Source of the DNA: Sedimentisphaerales bacterium
GTDB lineage: Bacteria; Planctomycetota; Phycisphaerae; Sedimentisphaerales; SM23-30
Direction of reading: 5' to 3'
Assembly (NCBI GenBank): GCA_963663965.2
Contig: CAXXFK010000010.1
Coordinates: forward strand, 64,001-128,000
Length of the DNA stretch: 64,000 nt
Positions 37,058 to 49,381 of this stretch are shown in pieces. The notes under the pieces were generated by a model. The model saw only the letters and a list, made by a program, of their open reading frames with translations. It had not been told where the DNA came from and ran no database searches. Made by a program: the position numbers and the translations under genes. Positions within the stretch are counted from its first letter, which is position 1. Each line of letters opens with the position of its first letter.

Positions 37058-38242
37058 TCAGGATCTTCTATACCCGATGGGCATCAAATCCTCCCCAAAT
37101 TCAAACGCGTTCCGCCAGGTCATTGCCGGCCGGTGCCGCGCGACATTGATCAGCAATCCTAACGCAATAAAATTGCATAACAGGCTGCTGCCCCCGTAAC
37201 TGACAAAAGGCAAGGCCATCCCGGTGACCGGCATGACACCCATAGTCATTCCGATATTGATAAACATCTGGGAAGCAAACTGTATTACAATACCGATAGC
37301 AAGCAGTTTGCCGAAACTATCCACCTGTTGGGCCGCGATCTCTATTCCGCCGATCAAGATCAGGCCATATAACAATAAAATAACGACTCCCCCCACAAAA
37401 CCCCATTGATGGGCAATCAGGGCAAAGATGAAATCGTTATGACGTTCCGGCAGCCAGGGACGCTCGACATAAATCCCCTTGCCCAGTCCGTGGCCGGTCA
37501 GGCCGCCGGATCCGATACAGATCTTGGACTGGTAGAGTTGATAGCCATTGCCCCGCAGAAACGTCACATCATTGGAGTTCTGATGGAGCATGCCGATAAT
37601 CCGGTTGCGCTGGTAAGTATTCAGCGACAGATAAAATAGTGGAGATAATAAAATCCCTATCATTATGATGGATATCAAATGGCGGATACGGGCGCCCGCT
37701 ACAAACAGGATGCCAAAAACCATGATAAAAAACAGCATCGACATTCCCAGGTCCGGCTGCAACAGAATCAGGCCAATGGGAACCAGGGCAATCATGAAGG
37801 GCCGAATAAGCCCTGTAAACTGGCGGTAATTTTCTTTATCTCTCAGATACCAGCCCAATGCCAGAATAAAGGATAATTTGGTGATCTCAGACGGCTGCAA
37901 CATGATCGAACCATATATTCGAATCCATCGATACGACCCACCACGATTCGGCACCAGCCAGTCAAGCCCCAGTTTTTTACCCACCAGTACCAATACCAGA
38001 AGAAATAAGGTCAGGACATACCAGAAATAACTGGTTTCCCCGATCCTGCGATAATGAAACAGATTGACAAATGAGAATCCGCCCAGACTGATAACGACCC
38101 AGAAAAGCTGCTTGTTAAATTCACTTGTCCGTCCACTGGCATGAATATTCACCAGGCCGATTCCTACCAGCGTAAACACAGCCAGCATCATAATCAGCCT
38201 CAGCCCTCCCAGGCGTCCCTGCCAGATGGTTTTAATCAGCAT
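37058..38242 (-). CDS. rodA: SEDS family peptidoglycan polymerase, RodA-like
   Basis: RWI, QPSE..K, QPDLG, YQ..R, GSGG..G.G, PERHNDFIF, G...PFVSYGGSS. Confidence 0.88.
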   Translation of the reverse strand: MLIKTIWQGRLGGLRLIMMLAVFTLVGIGLVNIHASGRTSEFNKQLFWVVISLGGFSFVNLFHYRRIGETSYFWYVLTLFLLVLVLVGKKLGLDWLVPNRGGSYRWIRIYGSIMLQPSEITKLSFILALGWYLRDKENYRQFTGLIRPFMIALVPIGLILLQPDLGMSMLFFIMVFGILFVAGARIRHLISIIMIGILLSPLFYLSLNTYQRNRIIGMLHQNSNDVTFLRGNGYQLYQSKICIGSGGLTGHGLGKGIYVERPWLPERHNDFIFALIAHQWGFVGGVVILLLYGLILIGGIEIAAQQVDSFGKLLAIGIVIQFASQMFINIGMTMGVMPVTGMALPFVSYGGSSLLCNFIALGLLINVARHRPAMTWRNAFEFGEDLMPIGYRRS

Positions 38243-38370
38243 TGCTCAACTCGTTTAATATCGTAATCAATCCGGCAGATATGATAGGGGATTTAAAAAG
38301 AAAATGCCAGGCAAATGGTTTGCACCCAGATCATTTTTACATAGTATTCCCGCCGGAATACCGTCACAAA

Positions 38371-39759
38371 TTATTTTCCGATACAGAACTGACCGAAGAT
38401 CTCACCCAGAATGTCATCGGTGGTCACTTCCCCTCCAATTACTGCCAGATGATCCAGGGCATCCCGGATTTCCAATGCGATTAATTCCTGCTCCGGTTCG
38501 GCATCTTCGGCCAGGCTAACCGCGTTTTGCATGGATTGACAGGCCGCTTCCAGTTCGAATTGCTGCATGGAGGTTAACGCAATATCTTCATCCCGTCCCG
38601 CGGTGATCAATCGATCCGCCAGCATCCGATCGATCGTATGGCGTAATTCCTCAAGATGGCTATTCTGCAAGGCGCTGCAATATAGCATCTTTTCAAATGG
38701 CGTATCCTGACAGATTAATTGTACGGAACCGTTAATCAGATCTATCTTATTAACCACCAGTATCGCCGGCACATCGATTAACGCCTGATGCTGAATAATC
38801 TCCTCAAATGCCTGCGGACACGTGGCATCCATCACCCAGATAATCAGGTTGGCTGTCTGCATAGCCTTCCTTGCCGCATGCTGAGAGGCTTCCCCCAGCG
38901 GATCATCAACCGGTCCCAATCCGGCGGTATCCAGCAGCAGACATTCACCATGAGCCAGTTTCAGCGGTGAGGTTAATACGTCGCGCGTCGTTCCGGCAAC
39001 CAGACTGACAATTCCCCGTTCCAGCCCGGTCAGGCGATTGGCCAGACTGCTTTTGCCAGCATTGGGAGGCCCCGCCAGCACCACTCTCGGCGCCAGATCA
39101 AGCTGTTGCCAGGACTGACTGCTGGAAAGCAACCGGTTCATCTGGTCGATGATCGCAATAAGTTGCTGTCGAACCTGACAGGAATCAATAAATTCTATCT
39201 CTTCCTGACTGAAATCAATACCGGCCTCAATCAGGGCCAGCAACTGTTTAAGCGGCTCTTTAATCTCCCGGCATCGAGTCCGTAACTCACCTTCCAGCAA
39301 CCGTTCGGCCGCTTTAAGCTGACTGTCACATTGAGCGCCGATCATGGCGGCAACCGCCTGGGCCTCGGTCAGATCAATACGGTTATTCAAAAACGCCCGG
39401 CAGGTAAACTCTCCGGGATTTGCCATGCGTGCCCCATCCCGCAACAAAGCCTGTAACACAAACTGCAACAAGGCCGGACTGCCAGGTAGATGAATTTCAA
39501 CCAGGTCCTGGGTCGTATAACTATGGGGCGCGTTGAAAAAATAAACCTCACACCGACAACGAATCGTATCTGTCAACCGAAACTCACCCGATACCCGCTG
39601 CCAGGCCGGACACACAGTCAGCGCCTGATCGACAGGCAATGCGGTCAGATAAGGACGTATCAGCGCTAACGCGTTTGGACCGCTGACTCGAATAATGCCG
39701 ATGGCCGCGACCCCGCCGGCGCTGCTGACTGCCGCGATGGTATCATCGGTCTGGAACAT
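38371..39759 (-). CDS. mnmE: tRNA modification GTPase MnmE
   Basis: DTIAA, GEFT.RAFLN, GPPNAGKS, GTTRD, DTAG, NKID, terminal FCIGK. Confidence 0.96.
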   Translation of the reverse strand: MFQTDDTIAAVSSAGGVAAIGIIRVSGPNALALIRPYLTALPVDQALTVCPAWQRVSGEFRLTDTIRCRCEVYFFNAPHSYTTQDLVEIHLPGSPALLQFVLQALLRDGARMANPGEFTCRAFLNNRIDLTEAQAVAAMIGAQCDSQLKAAERLLEGELRTRCREIKEPLKQLLALIEAGIDFSQEEIEFIDSCQVRQQLIAIIDQMNRLLSSSQSWQQLDLAPRVVLAGPPNAGKSSLANRLTGLERGIVSLVAGTTRDVLTSPLKLAHGECLLLDTAGLGPVDDPLGEASQHAARKAMQTANLIIWVMDATCPQAFEEIIQHQALIDVPAILVVNKIDLINGSVQLICQDTPFEKMLYCSALQNSHLEELRHTIDRMLADRLITAGRDEDIALTSMQQFELEAACQSMQNAVSLAEDAEPEQELIALEIRDALDHLAVIGGEVTTDDILGEIFGQFCIGK

Positions 39760-39761
39760 GA

Positions 39762-41795
39762 TCAGGTAAATTTAATGGGAGGTTTGGGCTTTTTCTGTTT
39801 GGGAGCCAGACGGCTGGACAGTTTGGCGGTCGCCGTCACCTTTCCTTCATTTTCCGCCGCCTCCAGTTCCTTCAGATGCTTTCGGATATAATGCTGTTCG
39901 ATCAATCCGCCAAACGTACTGGCCATGATATAAAGATTCAAACCGGAGGGCGCGGTATAGAAGAAAATGAGCATCATTGCCGGCATCATGTAAAGCATCA
40001 TTTTCTGCTGCTGTTCCATCTGGGGATTCGTGCTGGCCATGGCTTTGCTCTGGGTCTGCATGGAATATTTCGATTGCAGGAACATGGCAATGCAGAGCAG
40101 AATAGGCAGAATATTAAAGGCGTCAATTCCCTTGATGATGAACAGATCAAAGGGTTGATTCAGTCCAAACAGAGAAAATGGAATCAATCGATCGGGCGCC
40201 GACAGGTCATTCAGCCAGAAGAAGCCGGCCGGAAACAGCCCCTTGTGCCGCATCGCGATATTGGAATCCACCGCGGTATACAGGGCAATCCAGATCGGCA
40301 TCTGCAGGAACATCGGCAGGCATCCCAGAATAGGCGTCCAGCCCTGCTCTTTATACAGAGCCATGGTTTGCCGTTGCAGTTCCTGGGGATTGTTGGCGTA
40401 TTTCTTTTTAACTTCCTCCATCTTGGGCCCCAGCTTGCTCATCTTCTGCATGTTCACCTGACTCTTTTTAGTAATGGGATGCAGCAGGAAGCGAACCAGC
40501 AGCACCAGGAAGATGATGGCAATGCCGTAATTATGTACGACGGCGTAGATCCATTTCAGAATCTGCAGAACAGCCAGATTGAGCCAGTTGAAAGTACAGA
40601 TGGCACAGGAGGGGCGATACATCAAGGCGTCATACCCAAGTTGGGCGTAGATCGAATCTTTGGCGTCAAAGATATCGGTATCGACCGCGCCGAGGTAAAG
40701 CGCCAGGCGATAACTGGAAGAACCTTTGGGCTGGATGACTCTCTGGTCGCTGATGTTGGTCTGGGTGAGAATCGTATTATCTGGCGTCAACGTGTCACTA
40801 TGATTGAGAATCCGGGAACGAACCCGGTTATCCTGGAAAAAATTGACCCCGCCATCGGCATCATAAACGGGCCGAACCACCGCGCCAAAAAATTTATTGG
40901 AAACCCCAAACCATTCCACCGGTTTATTGTCCGTTTCGGTGGTAATGACTTTTAATGGATTTTTACTGTCATAGATCTTGGTAATCGCGGTCCGGCTGAC
41001 CTCATACCCTCCATTGCCTTCCGGGTGATAGGCTGCCGTGAGGATTCGGCGGTCGTTGCGAGGATCTTCTCGCACCAGGCCGATCGGTCCATAAAGATCG
41101 ATAGACCGGATACCGACTGCCTGTTCGGAAAGGTTTTCCATTTCCAGATCCATGCTCAACTCATAATTATTCGCTTCATAGCGATAGATTTTATGGATTT
41201 TCAGGACTGGCTGTTGCTCTGCGTTCACGACCGTCGCGGTAAAACGCACCGATTCGCGTCCCGCGTCATCCACTTCGACTTCAGACGGCTCCCAGACATT
41301 GAAACTCAAACTACAGGGACTGGCCTGATCGCTGAAATGAATCATCCCCAGCATGAGTGAACTATAGACAACCATTTGTTCATCTTTAGCCTGGCTAATC
41401 AGCGGATAACCGGTATGGTCATCATTTACTTTATATTTGTATTCGCTCAGGAGCACTTCTTTCAGTCCGGTACTGACCGGATCGATAACAATCCGGGCTT
41501 TATAACCCGATTCCGGATCCAGTTGTCCCAGGACAACCGGCTCGGCGTCCGGTTTGGGATAAACCGGCAAAACAGACCACTTGGCGCTGAATTGAGGCTG
41601 GGGCGGTTCGACTGACATCGTATTTTCTGCGGGAGCAGGCGGCGCTACGGTCATCGGGGCCTGGGATTGATTGACGGTTTCCTGCGGCTGCGTTTGGGGC
41701 GCCTGTTTCTTACCCACAAAATACTGATAGCCAAACATAATGGCCATACACAGCAGAAACGCGCCAATAAAACTCTTAAATTGATCTTGATCCAT
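39762..41795 (-). CDS. yidC: Membrane protein insertase YidC
   Basis: N-terminal TM, large periplasmic domain, NYGIAII, GCLPMFLQMPIW, WLNDLSAPD, PSGLNLY. Confidence 0.96.
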   Translation of the reverse strand: MDQDQFKSFIGAFLLCMAIMFGYQYFVGKKQAPQTQPQETVNQSQAPMTVAPPAPAENTMSVEPPQPQFSAKWSVLPVYPKPDAEPVVLGQLDPESGYKARIVIDPVSTGLKEVLLSEYKYKVNDDHTGYPLISQAKDEQMVVYSSLMLGMIHFSDQASPCSLSFNVWEPSEVEVDDAGRESVRFTATVVNAEQQPVLKIHKIYRYEANNYELSMDLEMENLSEQAVGIRSIDLYGPIGLVREDPRNDRRILTAAYHPEGNGGYEVSRTAITKIYDSKNPLKVITTETDNKPVEWFGVSNKFFGAVVRPVYDADGGVNFFQDNRVRSRILNHSDTLTPDNTILTQTNISDQRVIQPKGSSSYRLALYLGAVDTDIFDAKDSIYAQLGYDALMYRPSCAICTFNWLNLAVLQILKWIYAVVHNYGIAIIFLVLLVRFLLHPITKKSQVNMQKMSKLGPKMEEVKKKYANNPQELQRQTMALYKEQGWTPILGCLPMFLQMPIWIALYTAVDSNIAMRHKGLFPAGFFWLNDLSAPDRLIPFSLFGLNQPFDLFIIKGIDAFNILPILLCIAMFLQSKYSMQTQSKAMASTNPQMEQQQKMMLYMMPAMMLIFFYTAPSGLNLYIMASTFGGLIEQHYIRKHLKELEAAENEGKVTATAKLSSRLAPKQKKPKPPIKFT

Positions 41796-41981
41796 GGATT
41801 CCTCTGATTCTATCTGCTCTCAAACTGATTAATGCGTCGTCAATGTAACTCAATGGAAGGATTAGTAGCGAAAGTATGCCCACAGGACGAGAATCGAAGT
41901 ATAAGCGCCGTACCCCAGGCTCCAAAAACATTCCATCCGTTACCGGGTATTCTCGCCTATCTGTCTAATAATACGATTATG

Positions 41982-42740
41982 TTAACGTCCTTCCATCAGA
42001 CGTTTGCCTTCAAAATCATCGAGGGCCGGATTGGCCAGAATTTTGGCGGCAGTTTTTTCAATATTGTATTCGATTCGCACAAAATGAACCGTATTATCAT
42101 CGACAATCACAAAGCTGGTGCGGGTATCCTGGTCGCGCGGCTGGCCGACACTGCCCACATTGATGATCGCTTTTTCATGTTCGACAATGGGGTATTTATA
42201 CTCCAGTTCATCCGCCCCATAAAAATCGGGATCTTCCAGGAACACACCGGGCACATGGGTGTGACCCACAAAGCAAATGTGTTCAATGCGGTCAAAAATT
42301 GAAACCAGCTTGGAATTATTGGTATAGATATCATCCGGAAAGATATATTCATTGACCGGCCGGCGGGGTGAGCCATGCACCATCAGGATATTGCCCATTT
42401 GCAACCGGACGGGCAGGCGGCCCAGAAATGACCAGCGTCGATTCCGCTTTTCCAGATCGGGCTCTTCCTCCAGACACTGACGCGTCCAGTAGCTGGCCCG
42501 TTCGGCCCCGGTATTGAAATTGGTCGGTTCATAAAATACCGCATGGTCATGGTTGCCCATGATGCTGACCACCTGACGATCGATAATGATATCCAGACAT
42601 TCCTTGGGCTCCGGGCCATAGCCCACGATATCGCCCAGGCAGAATATTTCCTTGATACCGCGCCGGTCGATCTCTTCCATGACCGCCAGCAACGCTTCCT
42701 GATTCGAATGGATATCGGAGATAACTGCAAACTTTGCCAT
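41982..42740 (-). CDS. Metallophosphoesterase (calcineurin-like)
   Basis: SDIHSN, LGDIVGYG, GNHD, HGSP, GHTH, NVGSVGQPRD. Confidence 0.93.
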   Translation of the reverse strand: MAKFAVISDIHSNQEALLAVMEEIDRRGIKEIFCLGDIVGYGPEPKECLDIIIDRQVVSIMGNHDHAVFYEPTNFNTGAERASYWTRQCLEEEPDLEKRNRRWSFLGRLPVRLQMGNILMVHGSPRRPVNEYIFPDDIYTNNSKLVSIFDRIEHICFVGHTHVPGVFLEDPDFYGADELEYKYPIVEHEKAIINVGSVGQPRDQDTRTSFVIVDDNTVHFVRIEYNIEKTAAKILANPALDDFEGKRLMEGR

Positions 42741-43080
42741 TATAAAACTCAATATACGATGTCTAGCTTATGATTGATACAAATTTATAAAGATAAGTAT
42801 TATAACATCTTGACGCAATATACTCAACCGGATAACAGCGAATTCTGTCTTTTTACGAATATAATTCACCCATGATGACCAAAAATCGCATAAGATATTA
42901 TTTTACATAAAGTTAAAACGACAGTATTCAACGACTGGACCCAAAGTGATGGTAATCATAAAAATCAAGGGATCTAAACTGAATCTACTTATCAATCAGC
43001 CATTAAAGTCTGGTCATGCCAGAAATTGGTTTAACCCATCCCAACTGCATGGGCGGCCCTCGGATTAAGTCATGCTTTCA

Positions 43081-44194
43081 TCATTTCTCTTCCAGCAGTT
43101 CCCCCATCCACTTCCGCACCATCTTTTCTGTCGGAGCCCCTTTCCAGTTCAGTTCGCCATACCACCAGTAGCGGATAAATCCTTTCTTATCAATCAGATA
43201 AATGCTGGGCCAGATACTATTGGCCCAGGTATTCCAGTTTTTGCTTTCCAGATCGACGGCGATGGGATAAACCATTTTCGCTTCGCCGGCCTTCTTTTTG
43301 ACTGTCTCCAGATCTTTTTCATTCTCGGTTTCCGGCCGGTGGATCCCGACAATCTGAAAGCGGTCGGCCGGGAATTCCTGCCGCCAGGTATTATAGAAAG
43401 GCAGATTATGAATACAATTAATACAGCTAAAGGCGTAAAAATGAATAACCGTAACCTTCCCTTTCAACGATGGGATGGGTTGATCATTTAAATTCAGCCA
43501 GGCTTCCACTGGCTGAAACGCCGGCGCCTTACAGGCCAGATATCGCACGGAACTGGCATCAAACGGCGCTCCCAGCAAGGTCATCAGATTCATTCGCTGC
43601 TCAGTCGTCAGGACTTCAAGGATTCTTGTCCGGTTTTTTTCAAAAAGGGGTTTTGTCACATCCATCGGATCGGATTCTTTTGTTTCCAGGCTCTCTTTTT
43701 GCGCCTGCTGGATGTCATCCTTGAGCCCCTGTATTATGTCGTTGATACTCTTTTTCTGTTCAGTTTTCAGCTTCAGCCTATGGACCAGTTCCGGCTCTTC
43801 AAAAGCATACACTTCCAGCGCCTGCCAGGTCAACTGCATCAATCTCTCCACCTGCTCGGAACTCAGAATCCCGCCAAGGTCTTTAAAAAGCTGGTTCAGA
43901 AAGTACATGGCGGCGGGATTGCGCTTTTCCGCCGGAATATCCCGCAATTTGAAACAAAGGCAGTTCCACCTTATTAAGGGCAACGGCAACCGCGTTTTTT
44001 TGCAGCAGATTCAGTTCCAATTCCTGATGGACAGAAGCATTCCTCAGCAAAACCGTCAATGGATATGGAATGGGAATGGTTTGAGTAATCGGCGAATTGG
44101 GGTCTTCACCATAAACGACCGGTGTCAGGAAAGCCAGGATTAACAACACAGTAATCCAGAAGGCCAAATTACTTTTGGTATTGATTAACACCAT
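43081..44194 (-). pseudogene. Secreted redoxin / thioredoxin-like (CxxC) protein, frameshifted near 43952
   Basis: Signal-peptide ORF 43883-44194 joins ORF 43081-43989 (CINC, GIHRPE, WPSIYLID) if one base is removed from a short T run. May be a sequencing error. Confidence 0.7.
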
Positions 44195-44233
44195 AACACT
44201 ACCCTTACAAAACGGAGTTTGGCAAGTTTCTTA

Positions 44234-45186
44234 TTAGATTTCCGGCCGGGTTGCCATATAAGCGGAATACAATTGACTGGCCAGATCATGAATATAGCTC
44301 CTCCCTTTCTCTCCATCTTCCAGCATCTCGAGCAAATGAGCAGGCACACATTGAATCCCGCCCCAGGCGCCACATAACGCCCCGGTCATAGCCGCCAGGG
44401 TATCGGTGTCATCCCCCAGCGCTATCACCCGCCCAACCGCCGCCGGGTAATCGTCAGGGGATAAAGCGAAACTGGTGATCGCTGTCACGACAGAGCGATG
44501 AGCCTCCAGCGAACAGCCAAGGGTGGACAAATCGTCACCCAATGACAGTTGCGAGGCAATCGACAGGTGCCATTGATATTCCTCTTCCCGGGCAATGGCT
44601 TTCAATTGATCGAAAAATTCATCCTGTTCGAACTCCTGGTGAGTCAGACAGTATCCAACGAAGCCGCCAGTAGAATGGCCCCTTCAATGCCCCAGGGATG
44701 GACATGGGTTGGAATAGCGCTCAAGCGGGCCTGCTCAAGCAATAACTCCGGTTGGTGATGAAAGAATAAACCAACCGGCGCAACCCGCATGGCCGCTCCA
44801 TTACCATAAGAGCCATCCGGAAAAACACTTCGGGACAGGTGTTTATAATCCTCCCAGCTACCCTGTTGACGAAATGCTTCTAATACGGCCGAATCCTTGC
44901 CCATATCCTCGTTCAGGATGATAATTAAGGCCGAACCGGTGACATAGAACCGATAAATCTATCTTACCGCATGCGACCAGCGTTTCCACAATTCCCAGCA
45001 TCATTTCAGTATCATCCGTATAAAACAGGCCATCCACGGGAGGCAACGCAATCATCTCAGCCATCCGGCCAAAAAACGAATAAATCGTAACCGCGTCCAA
45101 ACCTTCAAATGGAGCGCCCAGCGCATCTCCAACGGCCAGCCCCCAAGCAGGCAGCCTCTAAAATTTTCCAACAGGGAATCAGACAT
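44234..45186 (-). pseudogene. ADP-ribosylglycohydrolase family protein, multiple frameshifts
   Basis: Fragments in different frames: FRGCLLG / LAVGDALG, YTDDTEM, SYGNGAAMRVAP, GDDTDTLAAMTGALCGA. Confidence 0.8.
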
Positions 45187-45512
45187 AGTTTCTCCTGCGT
45201 AAAAGATAGAATCCGGTTGGTAAACGCATACTTCACCTCGGCATGGGCAGTCCATTCCTTGATATATTGAGTATATCCCCAATAGTGCATTTTTGACCAT
45301 GCTATTTTTATTTTTTAAATATTTCACCTCATTCGGAGTGATCGTTTCTATGTTGATTCTGTCCATATCCCCATTTATCTGTGTAAAAAAATCATTAAAC
45401 GAGACATTCTCTCCTACCGATCCAGAGATCGCAAAAAAAGAGTTGCTTATCGAAATACTTTGAGATTAAATAATAATATGAAACACGCATCAGTTTCTAA
45501 AAGGAGATGGCA

Positions 45513-48204
45513 ATGAAATCTATGTTGAAATGTCACATTTGGATATTGGGTTTATTGGGTATTAACTCAATCGATTCTGGCCGAATCGATTCGTATTACC
45601 GCAACCGGTGGAACGCTTCCCTATAATTATACCTTGCAGGAATTTTCTCCCCTGATTGAGTTTTCATATGACGGCCTGCAAGCCCAAAAAGAATATGTAT
45701 TGAAAGTCTGGCTTTTATACCGAAAATCCGGGGCATGGTTGTGCGCGTCGGGCCAATGGTGTGAATCAACTTATACGATCAGTAACCTGGATGGAGACAA
45801 CGCGTCGGGAACCCTGCAAGTTGTCAAGGACTTCGATGTCTATCAATACGTGCCGCTGGCCTGGATTGCCCGGCTTTATTATAACGGGACTCAAGTGTCC
45901 TGGGATAAGATTTGAATTCTCAAGCCTCAAGCAACCGTCCTCCCGTTTTAATCAATATTCCCACAGTTCGCACCCATGTGGGGGGCGCGGTCTATTTTCA
46001 GGCTGAAGCGATTGATCCCGAGGGCGATCCCATTACGTTCAGCGCCTCGAACCTGCCGGAGGGAGCCACTCTCAGTTCAGACGGCATCTTTGCCTGGATT
46101 CCGGAAGGTGAAGGCAGTTATACCGTGATTATTCATGCCGGCGATGGAACCACTTATGACTCTCAGAACGTATACATCAATGTGGGACTCTACCCAGACC
46201 TTCAATTTGAAAATCTCATCATTCCACCCTGTGGATCCCGTGACAATATTACCGGCACCGTAACCGGCTACGACGACCTGACCGATTTCAGGGTATTCTG
46301 TTATATCTATATTTCCGGGTATGGCTGGGGTAACCCCGACCGGACAGCGCCCTCTCGAAGATACCGATCCAGACCGATGGCGCCTTTGAAATCGATACTA
46401 CCGTTACGGATCTGGATTTACTCGCTACCATCATGTATCTGGGCATCTGCCATAAAGATGTTGACATCCCAGTGCTGCAAAACGGTGGCAGTATTCCTGA
46501 TATCAATGAGATCTATTCCGAAAAAACGATACCGTGATCCCACTGAAGGGCATAACACTCTTTCCTGGTCAGGCCCATTTATGGTGGCTCAAAAACAGCC
46601 TGGGATATTCCCTTGGGCCGGGCGCCAATGTCTTTTCCGATTCGGACGAAAACGTGTTTGTTGATGAGGATGGCAGGCTTCACCTGAAAATCATCAACCA
46701 GGGAGGAACATGGACCTGTCCCGAGTTGATCAGTGCCGAGTCCTTCGGCTATGGTGCCTACAATTTTATTTTAGCCGAAAATCCAGCCCTGGCGGACAAT
46801 GTCACCTTTGGCGCTTTTACCTGGGAAGATGATACGTCAAGTTCGAATTCCAGGGAAATCGATCTGGAACTCTCCCGATGGAACGATCCAGACTCCGGTT
46901 TTGGACAATTTGTTGTCCAGCCATGGAACAACGAAGGGAATCTGTATCGATTTGATGTCCCGGATGCAGCGTATCCTTATCTTTACAGTTTTAACTGGCA
47001 GGATGACTATGTCGGGCTTCATGGGACTGGTGTCCTCCCAGCCAGTGGCCCACCGATGAGGATCTATTTGTCAATTGGATCTATGAAGGGAGTGATGTCC
47101 CGGCCAGCGGTAATGAAAATGTGCGATTGAACCTTTGGATCAACAATGGGAACGCGCCGGATAATGGTCTGGCTCAGGAAGTCATCCTGCAAAGTTTCAG
47201 TCACTATGAACTGAGCGATTATAAAACCCTGAATTTAAGAGTCTCGGGCGAAGGCACAATTGCAGCCACCTCCATGGAATGCATTAATGGACAATGTCCC
47301 ATCGGCGAAGTCGTCCATCTGACGGCAAACGCCCGGAGATGGCAACCTGCTGAGAAGGTGGGTCCGGTACGGATGATGACACCTTACAGTCATTGACAAA
47401 CAGCGTTACCATTGAATCCTACAATACGGTTTATGCCTATTTCGACGACTATGAACCCATGGTCCATCGATCACGTCAAAGTCAAAGCCTCGGTAAACCG
47501 CGACAATCCCAAAGACAGCATCTTATATTGCCGGGGAAAATTCCTGGAATCTATTCGTTCGATATCGATGATAATATTTTGAATATCAACGTTGCGGGGC
47601 ATTATCAAATCATTCGAAGTGCCTGCTATGAGTTATTATGACCGAAAGTATAAATATAACCGTGGTGGCGTTTATTTTTATGTGGATTTCGAAAAAGACA
47701 CTTTTAAGATCAAACTCAGCAATGTCGATTTATCCGGTCTCAAACTTCCCTTCAATGTGAATCTGACTTCCAGTTATTATCTGGTAAGCGGCGAGGTGGA
47801 TGAAACCGCCTGCAGTTTACCGCTGCGCGTCCTGAACGGCATTGAAGACTGCATGCCTGCCTCGAAAGTAGTCAACAAGCTATAACAAAAAGCAGGATTT
47901 ATACCGCGTTCTTCTGAAATGCGATATTTCGAGAAAAGCCATTTACCCGGACTTTTCCAATCTGGCCGTCTCCTTTGACGACTACCATGAAGAGATCAAT
48001 TGCTCAGCCAACGCTCAAGGCACCAACTGGAATTATAAACGGGCCAAAGAGGCCTCTTCGCCCATCTACTATTTTAAAGCCAACCTGAAAAGCGATTATG
48101 TTTATTTCATCCTGGAGGTTCCTTCTCTCGACAATCTGTCGAATCTGACGTTGAAATCATCTGACTTCGAAGCCTCATGCAGTTTGGAAAGCCTGATCAA
48201 CTGA
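45513..48204 (+). pseudogene. Multidomain secreted protein (putative Ig domain plus GH16-like domain), multiple frameshifts
   Basis: AAGGAG RBS before ATG 45513; fragments NRPPVL..DPEGDPITFSASNLPEGA, VFVDEDGRLHLKI, FGYG and REIDLE (ExDxE motif). Confidence 0.65.
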
Positions 48205-48269
48205 ACATCTTATTTGTCCGGCCAATACAGGTTTAAAACAAACTGAGAATCTTCTAGCTGGCAGATTTA

Positions 48270-49335
48270 TCAGTAATCCAGAATCAGGACGACTTCTTCA
48301 ACCCGTCCACTTTCCAGACTACGCGCCACCGCCTCGGTAAAACGCCATATACTTCACGCCATCGGCAAAGGTGGTATGGGTAATCTTCTCGGTACCGCGG
48401 ATGGCATTGACGAACTCTGCTTCAACGCGCCAATCCCCCCTTTTCTTCCGGCGGTATCACTATTTCAGCAAATTCTTGATCCCCTCGCCGCAAGCCATAA
48501 AGCGTCCCATCTCTGAATCGTAATGTCCCTTCACTGCCATAAAGCAGCACTTCATTGGCCGCCACTCCCCCGGTTACTTGCGACAGTACAAACAGCCCCT
48601 GGGCGCCACAGGCCATATGTGCCGTAACGACCAAATGATTCCGGAATGGTCACGGCTTTGCGCTGCCCCGTATCCGGATCAAATCGCGATTTGACAAACA
48701 CCACTCCCCCTGTGCCCTCACGGTTATCGCCTCCCCGATCCATCGCATCAGCGCCTCATACCAGATCCCCAGGCTCATGACATTCAGCCCGCTCAGATCA
48801 CGGTCCAGCCGCCACTGCATGGGGCCATCTTCATCAATAAATAATCCGCTGCTCGCCCGTACTTCAACGGCCAGAATTTTCCCAAGATATCCCTCAGCCA
48901 CCAGCCGTTTGATGGCCTGATCTACCGGCAGGGTAAATGGTGAGGGCACCACCTGCGCCACCAGATCAGGCCGGGTCCAGCGATGCCGAAAGCAATGGTT
49001 CTCGCCTCCCCGGCATTCATGGCCATTCGCGCTTCACACAACACATGCTTCCCGGCCGCCAGTGCCGCCAGCGTCACCGGACAATGCAGATACGGCCAGG
49101 TCCCAATCACAATCGCGTCGCTGTCCGGAGCGGCAACCAGTTCCTGCCACGATTCGTAGATCGTCGGTATCCCGAATTCATCGGCCACCCGCCGGGGACG
49201 ATTCCCGGCTCCGATTCGCCACACTGACAATATCCACCCCCCTCTATCGCCCGTAATCCCGGTATATGCCTGAGCCGGGTATTGGCTCCAGCACCTACAA
49301 TACCGATTCGAACTGTCTTATCCTGTCCTATTCAT
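48270..49335 (-). pseudogene. Gfo/Idh/MocA oxidoreductase, multiple frameshifts
   Basis: Fragments [38 protein letters not shown] in different frames. Confidence 0.8.
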
Positions 49336-49381
49336 AACAACCTGCTTATTAATGCTATAATCAACTCAAAACCCGCCAGAA

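Noticed and set aside
39876..40955. 359-aa plus-strand ORF, and similar long antisense ORFs (53412-54347, 54678-55337, 57327-58019, 59368-60036)
   Set aside because: Shadow ORFs antisense to well-supported genes, explained by codon bias.
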